A DNA stretch of 64,000 nucleotides from Nitrospirota bacterium (lineage in GTDB: Bacteria > Nitrospirota > UBA9217), in contig CAVVOB010000028.1 in assembly GCA_963749655.1 (NCBI GenBank), forward strand, positions 32,001 through 96,000, in the 5' to 3' direction. Of the stretch, positions 1 to 10,500 are shown piece after piece; the stretch's first letter is position 1, and each line of letters starts with the position of its first letter. The translations under genes and the position numbers were made by a program. The notes beneath the pieces were generated by a model. It was not told where the DNA came from and did not search any database. It saw only the letters and a program-made list of their open reading frames with translations.

Positions 1-420
1 CTCGGCGATGGGCCGCTCCCCGATCCAGGGGAAGGCGTCCCGCTCCAGCCGCTTAATGGTGGTCTCGGCGTGGACCGGCGTCCAGCGGGGAGAGAACTTC
101 TCGTGCCACTCCCGCGCAATAACCTCGAAGCTGTTCTCCACCTGGCCCCGCGCCGCCTTCTGTGCCTTGCGGACCTCTCCGGGGTCTATGCCGTTGGCGA
201 CCTGCTTTCGTGCAGTGTCACGCCGCTCCCGCGCATCAATAAGGGATATCTCCGGGTAGGTGCCGAGGGAGATCAGTTTCTCCTTATCTTCGAAGCGGTA
301 CTTGAAGCGCCACCACTTCCCGCCGTTGGCAGCGATTTGCAGATAAAGGCCCTGGCCGTCGTTCAGCTTGTAGGGCTTGTCCTTAGCCTTCGCGCTCTTG
401 ACCTTTATATCTGATAACAC
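1..420 (-). mobile_element. P4-like tyrosine integrase, N-terminal part (runs off the window start)
   Basis: Not in the ORF track. Manual translation from GTG at 420 gives VLSDIKVKSAKAKDKPYKLNDGQGLYLQIAANGGKWWRFKYRFEDKEKLISLGTYPEISLIDARERRDTARKQVANGIDP...SFEVIAREWHEK...RLERDAFPWIGERPIAE, the typical Arm-DNA-binding plus core-binding start of P4-type integrases. GGAG precedes the start, and the gene lies next to the tmRNA 3' end. Confidence 0.93.
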
Positions 421-437
421 AGGGGAAACTCCTTATA

Positions 438-499
438 TTGGGGTAACTGCCTTTTTAGCCAGTTCAGTTACCCCTAAAGTTACCCCAAAGTTACCCCAA
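438..499. repeat. Probable integrase arm-type binding sites (AGTTACCCC x3 direct, x1 inverted)
   Basis: AGTTACCCC starts at 466, 478 and 489; the inverted copy TTGGGGTAACT is at 438-448, between the integrase start and the tmRNA end. Confidence 0.7.
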
Positions 500-542
500 A
501 TGTCAAGAAATCAGTGAAGACCACCACGGACGCATAAATAAG

Positions 543-569
543 AAAAGCCCCTATTTTCAAGGGGCTTTT
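543..569 (-). terminator. Intrinsic terminator downstream of tmRNA
   Basis: AAAAGCCCCT-attttca-AGGGGCTTTT hairpin with T-tracts on both strands. Confidence 0.75.
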
Positions 570-600
570 GCACTTCATTGGACTACCTTGGATTGTGAAA

Positions 601-953
601 TGGTGGAGGCGGCGGGAATTGAACCCGCGTCCGAAAACCTTCAGCCGGAAGCTCATACATGCTTTTCCCCTCGTTTAAATCTCGCCTCTTCCAACGCCTC
701 GGGGAGAGCTTTGGAATCGGCCAGCCCGGTATGTCTTATCTTACCGCCCCGGACGGAACGGAAAGACCAGCCCGAATTGTGACATCCCTTCGACCGCTCG
801 GGCGGCAGCCGGGAGACGCGCGACCTAGTTAATTAGGCTGCGTATGCCAGTTCGTTATTGGCAGTTGTGTTTTGCCATGTGTTTAACGAGACCCCATGGC
901 ACCTCGGCATGCAACTCCTGACCTCCGTGTCCCCGTCGAAGCCTGTCGCCCCC
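601..953 (-). ncRNA. ssrA: tmRNA (SsrA), tag peptide ANNELAYAA*
   Basis: 5' GGGGGCGACAGGCTTCGACGGGG; 3' GACGCGGGTTCAATTCCCGCCGCCTCCACCA; tag reading frame GCC AAT AAC GAA CTG GCA TAC GCA GCC TAA at 862-833. Confidence 0.97.
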
Positions 954-968
954 TTTCTTTAACTGCAA

Positions 969-1087
969 TTTTGAGTTTCGAGTGTCGGGTAAATGAAACT
1001 GGAATTCGGAAGATATCTTAACTGAGTGAGTTTGAATTTTCAGTTCAAGACCAAAACTCACACCTGAACTCAAAACTCTAACTCACT
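969..1087. repeat. Heptamer inverted-arm element (TTTTGAG / AACTCAA family)
   Basis: Left arm TTTTGAGTTTCGAGT..., right arm ...AACTCACACCTGAACTCAAAACTCTAACTCACT; same family as 3142-3351, 16567-16713 and 22195-22348. Confidence 0.7.
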
Positions 1088-1119
1088 AGACTAATATATG
1101 TACCCTATTCACCCTTGAT

Positions 1120-1416
1120 TCAACAGTCTTTCCGCATCGCATCGGAAACCCCGCTGATCCTGACGATCTTGTTCTTTGCGGTGTGGCCCGAGACGATCTC
1201 CACCTGCGACTTGGCCACTGAAAAGGTATCGGCAAGAAATCGGATGAGCGCCTCGTTTGCCGCGCCGTCTACGGGCGGAGCCGTGAGCCTGATCTTGAGC
1301 CCCCCGTCTTCCATCGCGACGATCTCGTTCTTCGATGCCCGGGGCTGGATGCGGACGGTCAGCGTGGCCGAGGGTCCGGCGTCACGATCCCTGGGCAGGT
1401 TCTTCCTTGGCTTCAA
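1120..1416 (-). CDS. yggU: DUF167/YggU family protein
   Basis: VRIQPRASKNEI...LKIRLTAPPVDGAANEALIRFLA...VEIVSGHTAKNK. A probable 1-nt deletion near the end would give SDADAERLLNQG* with the stop at 1109. Confidence 0.9.
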   Translation of the reverse strand: MKPRKNLPRDRDAGPSATLTVRIQPRASKNEIVAMEDGGLKIRLTAPPVDGAANEALIRFLADTFSVAKSQVEIVSGHTAKNKIVRISGVSDAMRKDC

Positions 1417-1877
1417 CGCCGCCCTCCTCGAACGCGATCATCTCCTGGTGCATCTGCATGACCTTTTTGAGGTCGAGCAGGAACTGATGCTTGCGCCGCT
1501 TCAGCTCCTGGATTTCCGATTCAAACCGCAGCTTCTCCTGCTGGGCATTGCCGATGATCTGATGGCTGCGGATGTCCGCGTCCTTGATGATCAATGCGGC
1601 TTCCCGGCGCGCATTGTCCTTCTGGTCCTCCATGAGCTTCTGGGTCATGAGCATGGTGTTCTTGACGGTATCCTCTTTTTCGTTGAGCTCCCGCAGGCGC
1701 AGATCATAGGACGGCTTTGAACTCCCGCAGGTCCGTCACTTCCCGCACCAGGCCTTCCATTTCATCGCGGACCAGGTCGAGGAACATCTCGACCTCGGTT
1801 TTATCGAACCCGCGGAACCCCACGTGGAACCTCTTTTGCTGAATATCGAGGGGCGTTACCTTTATGCCGTTGCCCAT
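1382..1877 (-). CDS. divIVA: DivIVA domain protein (one frameshift near 1715-1720)
   Basis: ATG at 1877 gives MGNGIKVTPLDIQQKRFHVGFRGFDKTEVEMFLDLV (DivIVA N-domain). It continues after one extra base into the coiled-coil ORF 1382-1654; total span is 3n+1. Confidence 0.85.
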
Positions 1878-1913
1878 GCCTGGACCTCCTTCTCGGAGCT
1901 GATATTTTCGAGC

Positions 1914-2213
1914 CTATCCCATCGCATGCCCGATGCGGTAGAGGGTGTTGATCAATGCATACTGCAGGAACATGATGATGAGGATCGCGATCAGCGGCGA
2001 AAAGTCTATCCCGACCCGATGGGGCGGCACAAGCTTCCGGATCGGCCGCAGGACCGGCTCGGTCATCCTGGCCAGGATCTGCACAATGGGATTGTAGGGG
2101 TCCGGGTTCACCCATGAGATGAGCGCACGGATGATGACTACCCACATGTAGATGTTCAGCACTACGTCAAGCACCTTGGCGATTCCCAGAATGATGTTTC
2201 CGAAAACGAACAT
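1914..2213 (-). CDS. yggT: YggT family membrane protein
   Basis: RALISWVNPDPYNPIVQILARMTEPVLRPIRK...IDFSPLIA. Confidence 0.93.
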   Translation of the reverse strand: MFVFGNIILGIAKVLDVVLNIYMWVVIIRALISWVNPDPYNPIVQILARMTEPVLRPIRKLVPPHRVGIDFSPLIAILIIMFLQYALINTLYRIGHAMG

Positions 2214-2236
2214 GGAGCCTCCCTTGAAATCAGTCA

Positions 2237-2308
2237 GTAGTGAGGTATGAGAAGTGAGGGGTTACCCCTTACTCCTTACTCCTTACTCCTTACTCCTCAC
2301 GCCTTACG
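2237..2308. repeat. Heptamer inverted-arm element (AGTGAGG / CCTTACT family)
   Basis: AGTGAGGTATGAGAAGTGAGG...CCTTACT x4, CCTCACG, CCTTACG, immediately downstream of the proC stop. Confidence 0.8.
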
Positions 2309-2316
2309 GCATTAAA

Positions 2317-3123
2317 TCATTTTCCCAGTTCCCTGCTCCTCGCCGTGGCCGCCTCCACTGCGTTCATGAGCGTTGCCCGGAGCTTGCCTTTTTCAAGCTC
2401 GTGGAGCCCCTCGATGGTCGTCCCTCCGGGCGAGGTGACCATGTCCCTCAGCTTCCCGGGGTGCTCTTTTGTTTCGAGCACCATTTTGGCCGAGCCGTAC
2501 ACGGTCTGCGCGGCAAGCTCGAGTGCAAGCGGCCGGGGCAGCCCTGCCTTGACGCCTGCGTCGGAAAGTGCGTCGATGATCATGAACACATACGCAGGCC
2601 CGCTCCCTGAAAGGCCGGTCACGGCGTCCATGAGCTTTTCCTCGACAATGACGGACCTGCCGACTGCATTGAAGATGCTCTGCGCAACGGCGATGTCGTC
2701 CTGACCTGCTTTCGGTCCGGCGGCAATGCCGGCGGCGCCGGCGAGCACCAGTGCGGGCGTATTCGGCATGACGCGGATGATCCGGGGGCCCTGGGCAAGC
2801 AGTTTCTCGATGCGGCCTGTCGTCACGCCCGCGGCAATGGATATAATGAGTTTTGTTCCATCAGCAGCGCCGCTGATCTCCTTCAGGACTGAATCCATCA
2901 CCTGGGGTTTCACGCACAAAAGCACGATCCCGGCTGCCTTGACCGCCGCCGCGTTGCTTGTTTCGATGCCGATGTTATACCGCTTCAGGGACTCCAGCCG
3001 GTCTTTTGACGCGTCCGTCACGATCATCTGACCGGACTTGGCCACATCAGCGGCCAGCATGCCCTTGATGAGGGCCTCGGCCATGTTTCCGCCGCCGATG
3101 AATGCGATCTTTTCCTTAATCAT
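2317..3123 (-). CDS. proC: Pyrroline-5-carboxylate reductase
   Basis: IAFIGGGNMAEAL; RVMPNTP; TGLSGSGPAY; VTSPGGTTIEGL. Confidence 0.97.
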   Translation of the reverse strand: MIKEKIAFIGGGNMAEALIKGMLAADVAKSGQMIVTDASKDRLESLKRYNIGIETSNAAAVKAAGIVLLCVKPQVMDSVLKEISGAADGTKLIISIAAGVTTGRIEKLLAQGPRIIRVMPNTPALVLAGAAGIAAGPKAGQDDIAVAQSIFNAVGRSVIVEEKLMDAVTGLSGSGPAYVFMIIDALSDAGVKAGLPRPLALELAAQTVYGSAKMVLETKEHPGKLRDMVTSPGGTTIEGLHELEKGKLRATLMNAVEAATARSRELGK

Positions 3124-3141
3124 GATTCAACACCTCGAAAC

Positions 3142-3351
3142 AAGTTTTGAGTTCTGAATTTTGAGTTCTTAGTTAACACCCGCAGTTCAAGACTCGAAAC
3201 ACCAACTCAAAACTAAAAACTCAAAACTAAAAACTGCCTCAATAGCTCCTCTACAAAGTTTTGAGTTGTGAATTTTGAGTTCTTAGTTAACACCCGTAGT
3301 TCAAGACTCGAAACACCAACTCAAAACTAAAAACTCAAAACTAAAAACTGC
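3142..3351. repeat. Tandem duplication (period 114 bp) of a heptamer hairpin element
   Basis: 3142-3237 and 3256-3351 are near-identical: AAGTTTTGAGTT..GAATTTTGAGTTCTTAGTTAACACCCG.AGTTCAAGACTCGAAACACCAACTCAAAACTAAAAACTCAAAACTAAAAACTGC. Confidence 0.92.
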
Positions 3352-3352
3352 T

Positions 3353-4039
3353 TTATATTCGTTTCCCGAATATCGCCGTGCCCACCCGGACCATGGTCGC
3401 GCCTTCTTCGACAGCGACTTCGAAATCGCCGCTCATGCCCATGGACAGCTCCTTCATGTTCACGTTGGGGATGTTCTCCTTCCGGATGTCCTCCGCCAGC
3501 GTACGCAGCTTCCGGAAGTAGGGGCGCACGGCTTCGGGATCGTCAAGGAGGGGCGGAACGGTCATGATCCCCTGGACGGCGATGTTCCTGAGCTTTGCCG
3601 CTTCCTTCACCAGCTCGACGGCACGGCCGAAATCCACGCCGGCCTTCTGCTCTTCACCCGCGATACTCACCTCGATCAGAACGTTTTGCACCTTGCCGTT
3701 CTTTGCCGCCTGTTTGTCGATCTCCTTCGCAAGGTCGAGGTTGTCCACGGAATGGATGAGATCGAAAAGCTTCACGGCATATTTCGCCTTGTTCGACTGG
3801 AGATGGCCGATCAAATGCCAGGAGGCAATACTCCCCATCTTCTCGATCTTCTCCTTTGCCTCCTGGACGCGGTTCTCGCCCAGGACAACGGCGCCGGCCG
3901 CCACGGCCTCGCGGATTCTCTCGACCTCCACGGTCTTGGTCACGACGATCAGCCGCACGGACGAAGGCTCGCGGCCGGCACGCTTCGCCGCAGCGGCGAT
4001 CTTGTCCTGTATGGTCTTCAGGTTGTCTGCGATGGACAT
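3353..4039 (-). CDS. yggS: YggS/PLPBP pyridoxal phosphate homeostasis protein
   Basis: Start MSIADNLK; VVTKT; GENRVQE; WHLIGHLQSNK; LSMGMSGDFEVAVEEGATMVRVGTAIFG. Confidence 0.96.
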   Translation of the reverse strand: MSIADNLKTIQDKIAAAAKRAGREPSSVRLIVVTKTVEVERIREAVAAGAVVLGENRVQEAKEKIEKMGSIASWHLIGHLQSNKAKYAVKLFDLIHSVDNLDLAKEIDKQAAKNGKVQNVLIEVSIAGEEQKAGVDFGRAVELVKEAAKLRNIAVQGIMTVPPLLDDPEAVRPYFRKLRTLAEDIRKENIPNVNMKELSMGMSGDFEVAVEEGATMVRVGTAIFGKRI

Positions 4040-4191
4040 TGTTGATCCCTTCAAGCAACTGCGATATAACCACCGGCGACTTCGTCGCACACGGTAAAAC
4101 AAGAAAACTCATTTTGAGTTCAAGTCTTATATCTATACGCAGTCCTGTTTCGTTTCTCTGTTTATTGAACGGTTCGACGTTCGGTTTCATG

Positions 4192-4222
4192 GTTACTTTC
4201 TTGCTCGCCCGAAGAAAGTAAC
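4192..4222. repeat. REP-like hairpin
   Basis: GTTACTTTCTT-gctcgcccg-AAGAAAGTAAC. Confidence 0.6.
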
Positions 4223-4373
4223 GCAACCCTCGGACTCGGTCGCCTGCCTAAATTTCCGCATGGGTTCAGAATCCAGGACTTGCTTACTACACCAATTATG
4301 GACATAACTCAAAATTAAAACCGATAAATACCCTGTGCGTCCTCGCAGCGGACCCGTGGTTCGACATTCGGTA

Positions 4374-5129
4374 TTACGGTTTTATCATGATCGTTGACAG
4401 CATCCTGCCGGTCCGGCCTTCGCGTCGAAACGAATAGAACAGCTCGGCCCTGCAGCATGTGCAGAGACCGAAGGAATAGATGTTGGTTTCAGGCAGGCCT
4501 GCCTGGAGCAGCTCCATCCGGTTCAGTTTGGCCAGATCAAGGCTCCACCGGCCGTTCTCCCGGGGCGGCGCAACCTCTTTCCAGAAGGAGAACGCCTCCT
4601 TCACCGGCCCCATCACCGGGTCATCCACTTCGTAGCACTCCGGACCGATGGCCGGGCCGATGGCAGCGATCAGTTTGCGGGGATCGGAGCCGAACTCCGC
4701 TTGCATCCGTTCGACGGTTTTCTGCACGATCTTTTTGACCGTGCTCCGCCACCCGGCGTGCACCGACGCGACTGCGCGGGTTGCCGGGTCCGCGAGAAGG
4801 ATGGGGACGCAGTCCGCCGTTTCCACGCCGATTGCGAGCCCGCGCTCCTGCGTGATCATGGCATCCGCTTCCAAGGACCGCACTGCCCGGTAGTTCTCCT
4901 CCGTGACGCGGACGATCGCCTCTCCATGCACCTGGTTGATCGTGACGAGGCGGTCGGCGCTTATTCCGAAGGACTCTGCCACGGGTTTCCAATCGTCAGG
5001 CCCTTTGATCCCGGCAGTGCGGGCCCCGAGGCCGTTCTGGCGCGTGGTGAACGCGTATTGTACGAATCCCAGTTTCTCGAGGCCGAGGATGGCGAGACTG
5101 GTGCTGAGACGACTTACAGGCACGTTCAT
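4374..5129 (-). CDS. pgeF: PgeF/YfiH peptidoglycan-editing factor (laccase-domain purine nucleoside enzyme)
   Basis: QVHG; EADAMIT; TADCVPILL; HAGWR; IGPAIGPECYEV; LCTCC...FYSFRR. Confidence 0.95.
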   Translation of the reverse strand: MNVPVSRLSTSLAILGLEKLGFVQYAFTTRQNGLGARTAGIKGPDDWKPVAESFGISADRLVTINQVHGEAIVRVTEENYRAVRSLEADAMITQERGLAIGVETADCVPILLADPATRAVASVHAGWRSTVKKIVQKTVERMQAEFGSDPRKLIAAIGPAIGPECYEVDDPVMGPVKEAFSFWKEVAPPRENGRWSLDLAKLNRMELLQAGLPETNIYSFGLCTCCRAELFYSFRREGRTGRMLSTIMIKP

Positions 5130-5169
5130 GTGATTGTCGATCCGAAAGCGATGGCGCTCTGCTTTTTGC

Positions 5170-5243
5170 CGTCATTCCTGCGGAAGCAGGAATCCAGTGT
5201 TGCATAAAAAGTCTCTGGATTCCGGGTCAAGCCCGGAATGACG
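5170..5243. repeat. REP/RPE-like double-hairpin palindrome (GTCATTCC...GGAATGAC)
   Basis: CGTCATTCCTGCGGAAGCAGGAATCCAG...CTGGATTCCGGGTCAAGCCCGGAATGACG; a related copy lies at 7227-7301. Confidence 0.85.
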
Positions 5244-5269
5244 AGCTCGGAAGGATGGGCCCGATTCCC

Positions 5270-7000
5270 TTACCCGCACACTCCGCAGGTCTTGCACGAG
5301 CCGACCCTGCAGGGCGGCGTGAACTTTCCTTCAAGCGCCCGCTCAAATTCGTTCCTAAGATAATCTTTCCGCACGCCGATGTCAATAAAATCCCAGGGCA
5401 ACTGCTCCGAGAAATCACGCCGCCGGGCCGCATAGAAATCCAGGTCCAGTTCGAGCTCCCGCGCGGCCGCTTTCCAGTCGCCGCCCTTTTCGTGGGCCGC
5501 CCTGATCAGCCTGCCGGTCCTCCGGTCACCGCGCGACAACACCGCCTGGATGTATTCCCACTTCGGCAGGTCGTGAATCACGGTCATGTTGCCGATCGTC
5601 TTCACGGCCTTTTCGATGGTGCGGATCCTGCTGTTCAGCGTCGGGACCGACTCCATGGGCTCCCACTGAAAGGGAGTGAACGGTTTGGGCACAAAGGAAT
5701 TGACGCTGAGGGTGATCCTTCCGATCCTGCCGCGCAAGCGGGCATGGACAAGCTGTATGCGCCGGACCTCCCGGGCAAGAGCGATGATGGCCTCCACGTC
5801 CTCACCGGTCTCCGTGGGCAGTCCGATGATGAAATACAGCTTCAGGTTCGGAATGCCGCTGCCGAAGATGAGGTCTGCGGCCCGAAGGATGTCCGCTTCG
5901 GAAATGTTCTTGTTGATGACGTTCCTGAGCCGCTCTGATCCGGCTTCCGGCGCAATGGAGATGGTCTTGTGTCCGCTCTTTGCGAGCCGCTCGATCAGCG
6001 CCTTGCTCACCGAGTCCGCGCGAAGCGATGAAACGGACAGGCTGCCGCGGATGCCGGCGCAGAGGTCTCCGATGTCGGGATAGTCCGAGATCGCGGCACC
6101 GACGAGACCGATCTTGCCGCAGCCTGCGTCGGCCCGTTCCGCCTGCTCCCGGGCGGTGCCGATGTCGAGGTTTCGCGGAGGCAGATAGATGTAGCCTGCC
6201 ATGCAGAAACGGCAGTGCCGCCCGCAGCCGCGGGTGATCTCGGAAAGATGCATGTCGCTGAATTCCGTAAGCGGTGTCCTGATCGCCGTGGCTGCGGGCC
6301 TTGCACCAAGGCTGCTCGACCCTGCGCTTCACGATCCGCACGGGAGCTGCGGTATCGAGCAGGACACGCTCCCTGATAGTCCCGTCGTCGTGATACGCGA
6401 CGTCGTAGAAGCCCGGCACGTACACGCCCGGGATCCCGGCGGCAGCCCGCAGAAGTTCAAGTCCGCCCTTTCCCGCGCTGCGTCCGAAAGACATCGATAA
6501 ATTCGCCTGCGACGTCTTCTCCTTCGCCCGAGATCACGACGTCGAAAAAATCCGCAAGGGGCTCGGGATTGAAGAACGAGCAGATCCCATCCCAGGAGGA
6601 GAAGAGGATGGGCTTCCGTCCGCTCGCTCCGCAAGGCGGGAATGCCCGCAAGCTTGAGCATTTCGAGAACGTTGATGTAATCCTGCTCAAAGGACACGGA
6701 AAAGGCGAGGATGTCGAAGTCTTTCACCGCACGCTTGCTCTCGAGACTGAAGAGCTTCGTCCCGGTCTTTTCGTACTCCTCCTGATCGTCGTCGTCGGGC
6801 AGGAAGACGCGCTCGCAGAGCGTATCGGGCCGGCTGTTCAGGATGGAGTAAATCTGGTGCACCCCGAGGTTCGACATTCCGATGTGGTACGTATTGGGAT
6901 AGGCGAGAGCGACCTCGATCTCGGCGCCCTGCGCCTTATAGACCGCGCCGTGCTCGACAGCAAGGAGCGCGTCGGCCTTCTCTTTGAGCTTCCTGGACAT
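5270..7000 (-). CDS. B12-binding-type radical SAM protein (TIGR03960-like), split by about two frameshifts (~6590, ~6310)
   Basis: N-part YPNTYHIGMSNLG...FDILAFSVSFEQDY; middle NPEPLADFFDVVISGEGE and IPGVYVP; C-part EITRGCGRHCRFC (CxxxCxxC), APEAGSERLR, FVPKPFTPFQW. Confidence 0.88.
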
Positions 7001-7005
7001 ATCGG

Positions 7006-7035
7006 ATTATACAATAGCGAGCGGCGCGGGGGCAA
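7006..7035 (-). promoter_or_regulatory. Sigma70-like promoter, probably leaderless, for the radical SAM gene
   Basis: TTGCCC-N18-TATAAT, 5 nt before the ATG at 7000; no SD sequence. Confidence 0.55.
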
Positions 7036-7086
7036 AACAATTCAGCGAAAACAGTCTGGCTTAGCACCTAAAAATACGGAGACATT

Positions 7087-7493
7087 AACCACGGATAAAC
7101 ACTGATGAACGCAGATTACCGGATTTATAACCATGCTCCCTGTTTTTTCCTATCCCGGTTTCCCCGGATAAAGCACGTATTTCTTCTTTTATCCGTGTCC
7201 ATCCGTGATGGTCGTCGTAAAAAGTCGTCATTCCCGCCTGTCGGGAATCGTGTTGCCACATACGCACTGCCAAGATAGGATTCCGGACAAGCCGGAATGA
7301 CTGTACTTTGATGATTTTCGACTTTTTACGAATACATCATCAATTCACCCCGTTTAGAAATTTGATTTCTAACGGGGTTCATCCGTGGTCAATTGAATTC
7401 GCCACTCTGTTTATCCGTGTCCATCCGTGTTCATCCGTGGTTAATTGAATTTCGGCAGGCTTCTTGTTTTTTCCGGTTCATCCGTGGTTGATG
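7087..7493. repeat. Composite nested repeat region (10-mer ATCCGTGTTC element, MITE-like insert with REP core, ACCCCGTT..AACGGGGT hairpin)
   Basis: CCACGGATAAACACTGATGAACGCAGAT arm; ATCCGTGTCCATCCGTG interrupted at ~7206 by TIRs sharing TCGTAAAAAGTCG (7215-7227 and 7319-7331); hairpin at 7347-7378; further ATCCGTG units to 7493. Confidence 0.8.
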
Positions 7494-7521
7494 AAGGTTT
7501 TTCCTGCTGCGAGGTGCCGCC

Positions 7522-10500
7522 CTATGCGGGGTTGTCGAGAAGCGTGCGGACTTTGCGCAGGAGCTCGTTCATGGGCACCGGCTTGAGTATAAAATGGACG
7601 CCGCTGTCCAGGAGCCCCTTCTGGTGGATGATGTCCGCGGTATAGCCGCTGAAGAACAACGCCTTGATGTCGGGCCGGAATATCCTGATCTTCTCATAGG
7701 CTTCCCTGCCGTTCTTCCTCGGCATGATCACGTCGAGGATAAGAAGCTGTACCGCATCGCGGTTCGCCATGAACTTCCTGACCGCATCCTCTCCATCCTC
7801 GGCCTGGATCACCGTATACCCGAACTGTTCGAGCATGTTGCAGGTCAGGTTTCGCACCGATTCATCGTCTTCGGCCACGAGGATGGTCTCGGCGCCTCCC
7901 TCGATCGGCGGCAGTTCGACCGGATGCAGGGCGTCGGGCGCGCTGCTCGCCACCGGCAGATAAATCCGGAACGACGTTCCCTGTCCCACCTGGCTGTCAA
8001 TATGGATCGACCCGTTATGCTGCGTGACGATGCCGTACACCATTGCAAGGCCGAGTCCGGTGCCCCTCCCGGCCTCCTTCGTGGTGAAAAACGGTTCGAA
8101 CACCCGCTCCCGCGTTCTGTCGTCCATGCCGGTCCCCGAATCGGTCACCGTGATCAGAACGTATTGTCCCGGTTGCTGGAAGTCGTGGGTCTGGGCCGAC
8201 GCCGCGTCGATCTCAACCACTTCGGTCTCGATGAAAAGCGGCCCGCCGTCGGGCATGGCGTCCCGCGCATTCGTGGCAAGGTTCATCAGGACCTGCTCGA
8301 TCTGCCCGGCGTCCGCCTCGATCGTGGTGTCGGCGTCCGTCAGAACTACCTTGAGTTCCACATCCTCTCCGATCAGCCGCACCAGCAGCCGCTCCACTTT
8401 TCTGATGATCTCGTTGAGATTGACGGGCTGCGGATTCAGGATCTGCTTTCTGCTGTACGCGAGAAGACCCTGGGTCAGACTGGCGGCCCGGTTGGCCGAA
8501 GCGAGAATCTGCTCCACGTTGTGGCGCAGGGGGTCGGTCTCTCCCATTTTCATCTGCAGCAGGTTGCCGTACCCGATGATCGCCGTCAGGATGTTGTTGA
8601 AGTCGTGGGCAATGCCGCCCGCCAGGGTGCCGAGACACTCCATCTTCTGGGACTGGCGCAGCTGCTCCTCGAGGTGGATCCGTTCAGAGACATCCATGCC
8701 GACGCCGACAAGGTATTGCCTCCCGTCCCTGTCCATCCGGAAGCCCGTCAGCAGGAACGGGATGGACATGCCGCTCTTGGTGACGATCCTGGCCTCTACG
8801 GACGCTCTCCCCGACTCGTACACTTCCTTCATTTTGGAGGCGACCAGATCCCGGTCCTCGCGGAAGAGCTTGAGCACGTTCATGCCCGACAGCTCGTCCC
8901 GGGAATATCCGGTTATTTCCTTTTCATTGTTGTTCCACCGGATCAACCGGCCTTCCTCATCGCAGATGTAGAACGTTCCCGGCAGGCTGTCGATGATGCT
9001 GTCGGAGAAGCTCTTTTCCTTGAGCAGTTCGCTCTCCGCCCGCCGCTGCTCGGTAATATCGATGCCCGTGGGAATCACGTATTCGACGGCCCCGCCGCCG
9101 TCCAGGAGCGCGGTATTGGACCAGGCGATCAGCTTGCGCCGGCCGTCTTTGGCTATCCAGTAATTTTCGAATTTGTTCGGGAACTGACCGGCGGAAAGGT
9201 TTTGAAACACTTTCTTGACGCTCTCTACCTGCTCGGGCGGAACGAGAAAATCCCACACGTATTTTCCCGCGACCTCCTCGAACCGGTACCCGCTCACCTC
9301 TTCGCAGGTCCGGTTGAACCGGACGATCTTTCCCGTCCCGTCGAGCACGAGCACCATGGCGCCGACCGTGTCGAGCACCGCTGCGGTGAAGTCGCGTTCT
9401 TTCTTCAGAACCTCCTCGGCCTGCTTCTGGTCCGTGACATCGTGGACCGTTTCAATGACCACCGAAAGTTCTCCCGAGCTGTTGTACACCGGGGCTGCGT
9501 CGAAGATGATGTACCGGTCATGGCCGTTCAAATTCCGATACCCCTCTGCGCGCAATCCGTTCTGGATCAGCGCCGGCCGGGAAACGGCGGCGTACATTCC
9601 CGCGGCCTGGTCGATGTCGCCGTTGATGATAATGTCCGCCAACGTCGGGCGCTTTTCGGCGTAGAACGCCCTCCACTGCTGGTCCGTGCCGACCAACTCG
9701 GCGGCGGAAATGCCGGTCAACTCTTCACAGGCCTTGTTCCACAAGACAACGTGGTGACGGGGATTGACGACAAAGGTCGGCACGGCGGAGTTCGCCACGA
9801 CATTTTCCGCGAACCGCATCTGCTCCAGCAGGGAATCCTTGGCGGCCTTCCACTCGGTTACATCGCGCGTTATGGCGACAAGGGCTATGATCTCGTCCCG
9901 GTCGTTGCGGAGCGGCACCGCATGCGTGTTCAGCCAGAGGCGCCTCCCCTTGAGGCCGGCCATCTCGAACGTCAGGTTTCCCGCTCTTCCCTGGAAAACA
10001 TCTTCGGTCAGTTTTTTAAAGGCTTGCCGGTATTCGGGGACCACCAGAGGATAGACCGAGTGGTCTTTGACCTGGTCCAGGGAGTCCGCCTCGATCATGT
10101 CGAGACCGGCGCGGTTCATCAGCAGAAGCGTGCCGTCGGCATTCAGCAGCTTGACGCATTCCGGCTCCGTTTCAATGATCGTCTGGAGAAATTTCCTGCT
10201 TTCGCTGTGTTCCCGCTCACGACTTGCATTCTCCGTAACGTCCCGCACCAGGGACAGAACGCCATAGACACCGCCCGAGGGGTCCTTGAGTGCGGTATTA
10301 TACCATTCGCATACCAGACGTCTGCCCTGCCGGTCGACGTTGTCCTGCGTCAGACAGGCCGACGCGCTTCCCTCGAGGAGCTTCGCGCGGACCAGGTCGG
10401 CAGAAGCCTGCCCGTCAGGGGTCGTGATCAGTTCGCCGGCGCGCTTTCCCCGCGCCTCTCCGGCAGACCAGCCGAATATCTTTTCGGCCGTCCCATCCCA

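Noticed and set aside
588-1073. ORFs 588-782 (+) and 855-1073 (-)
   Set aside because: They overlap tmRNA and a repeat element; spurious.
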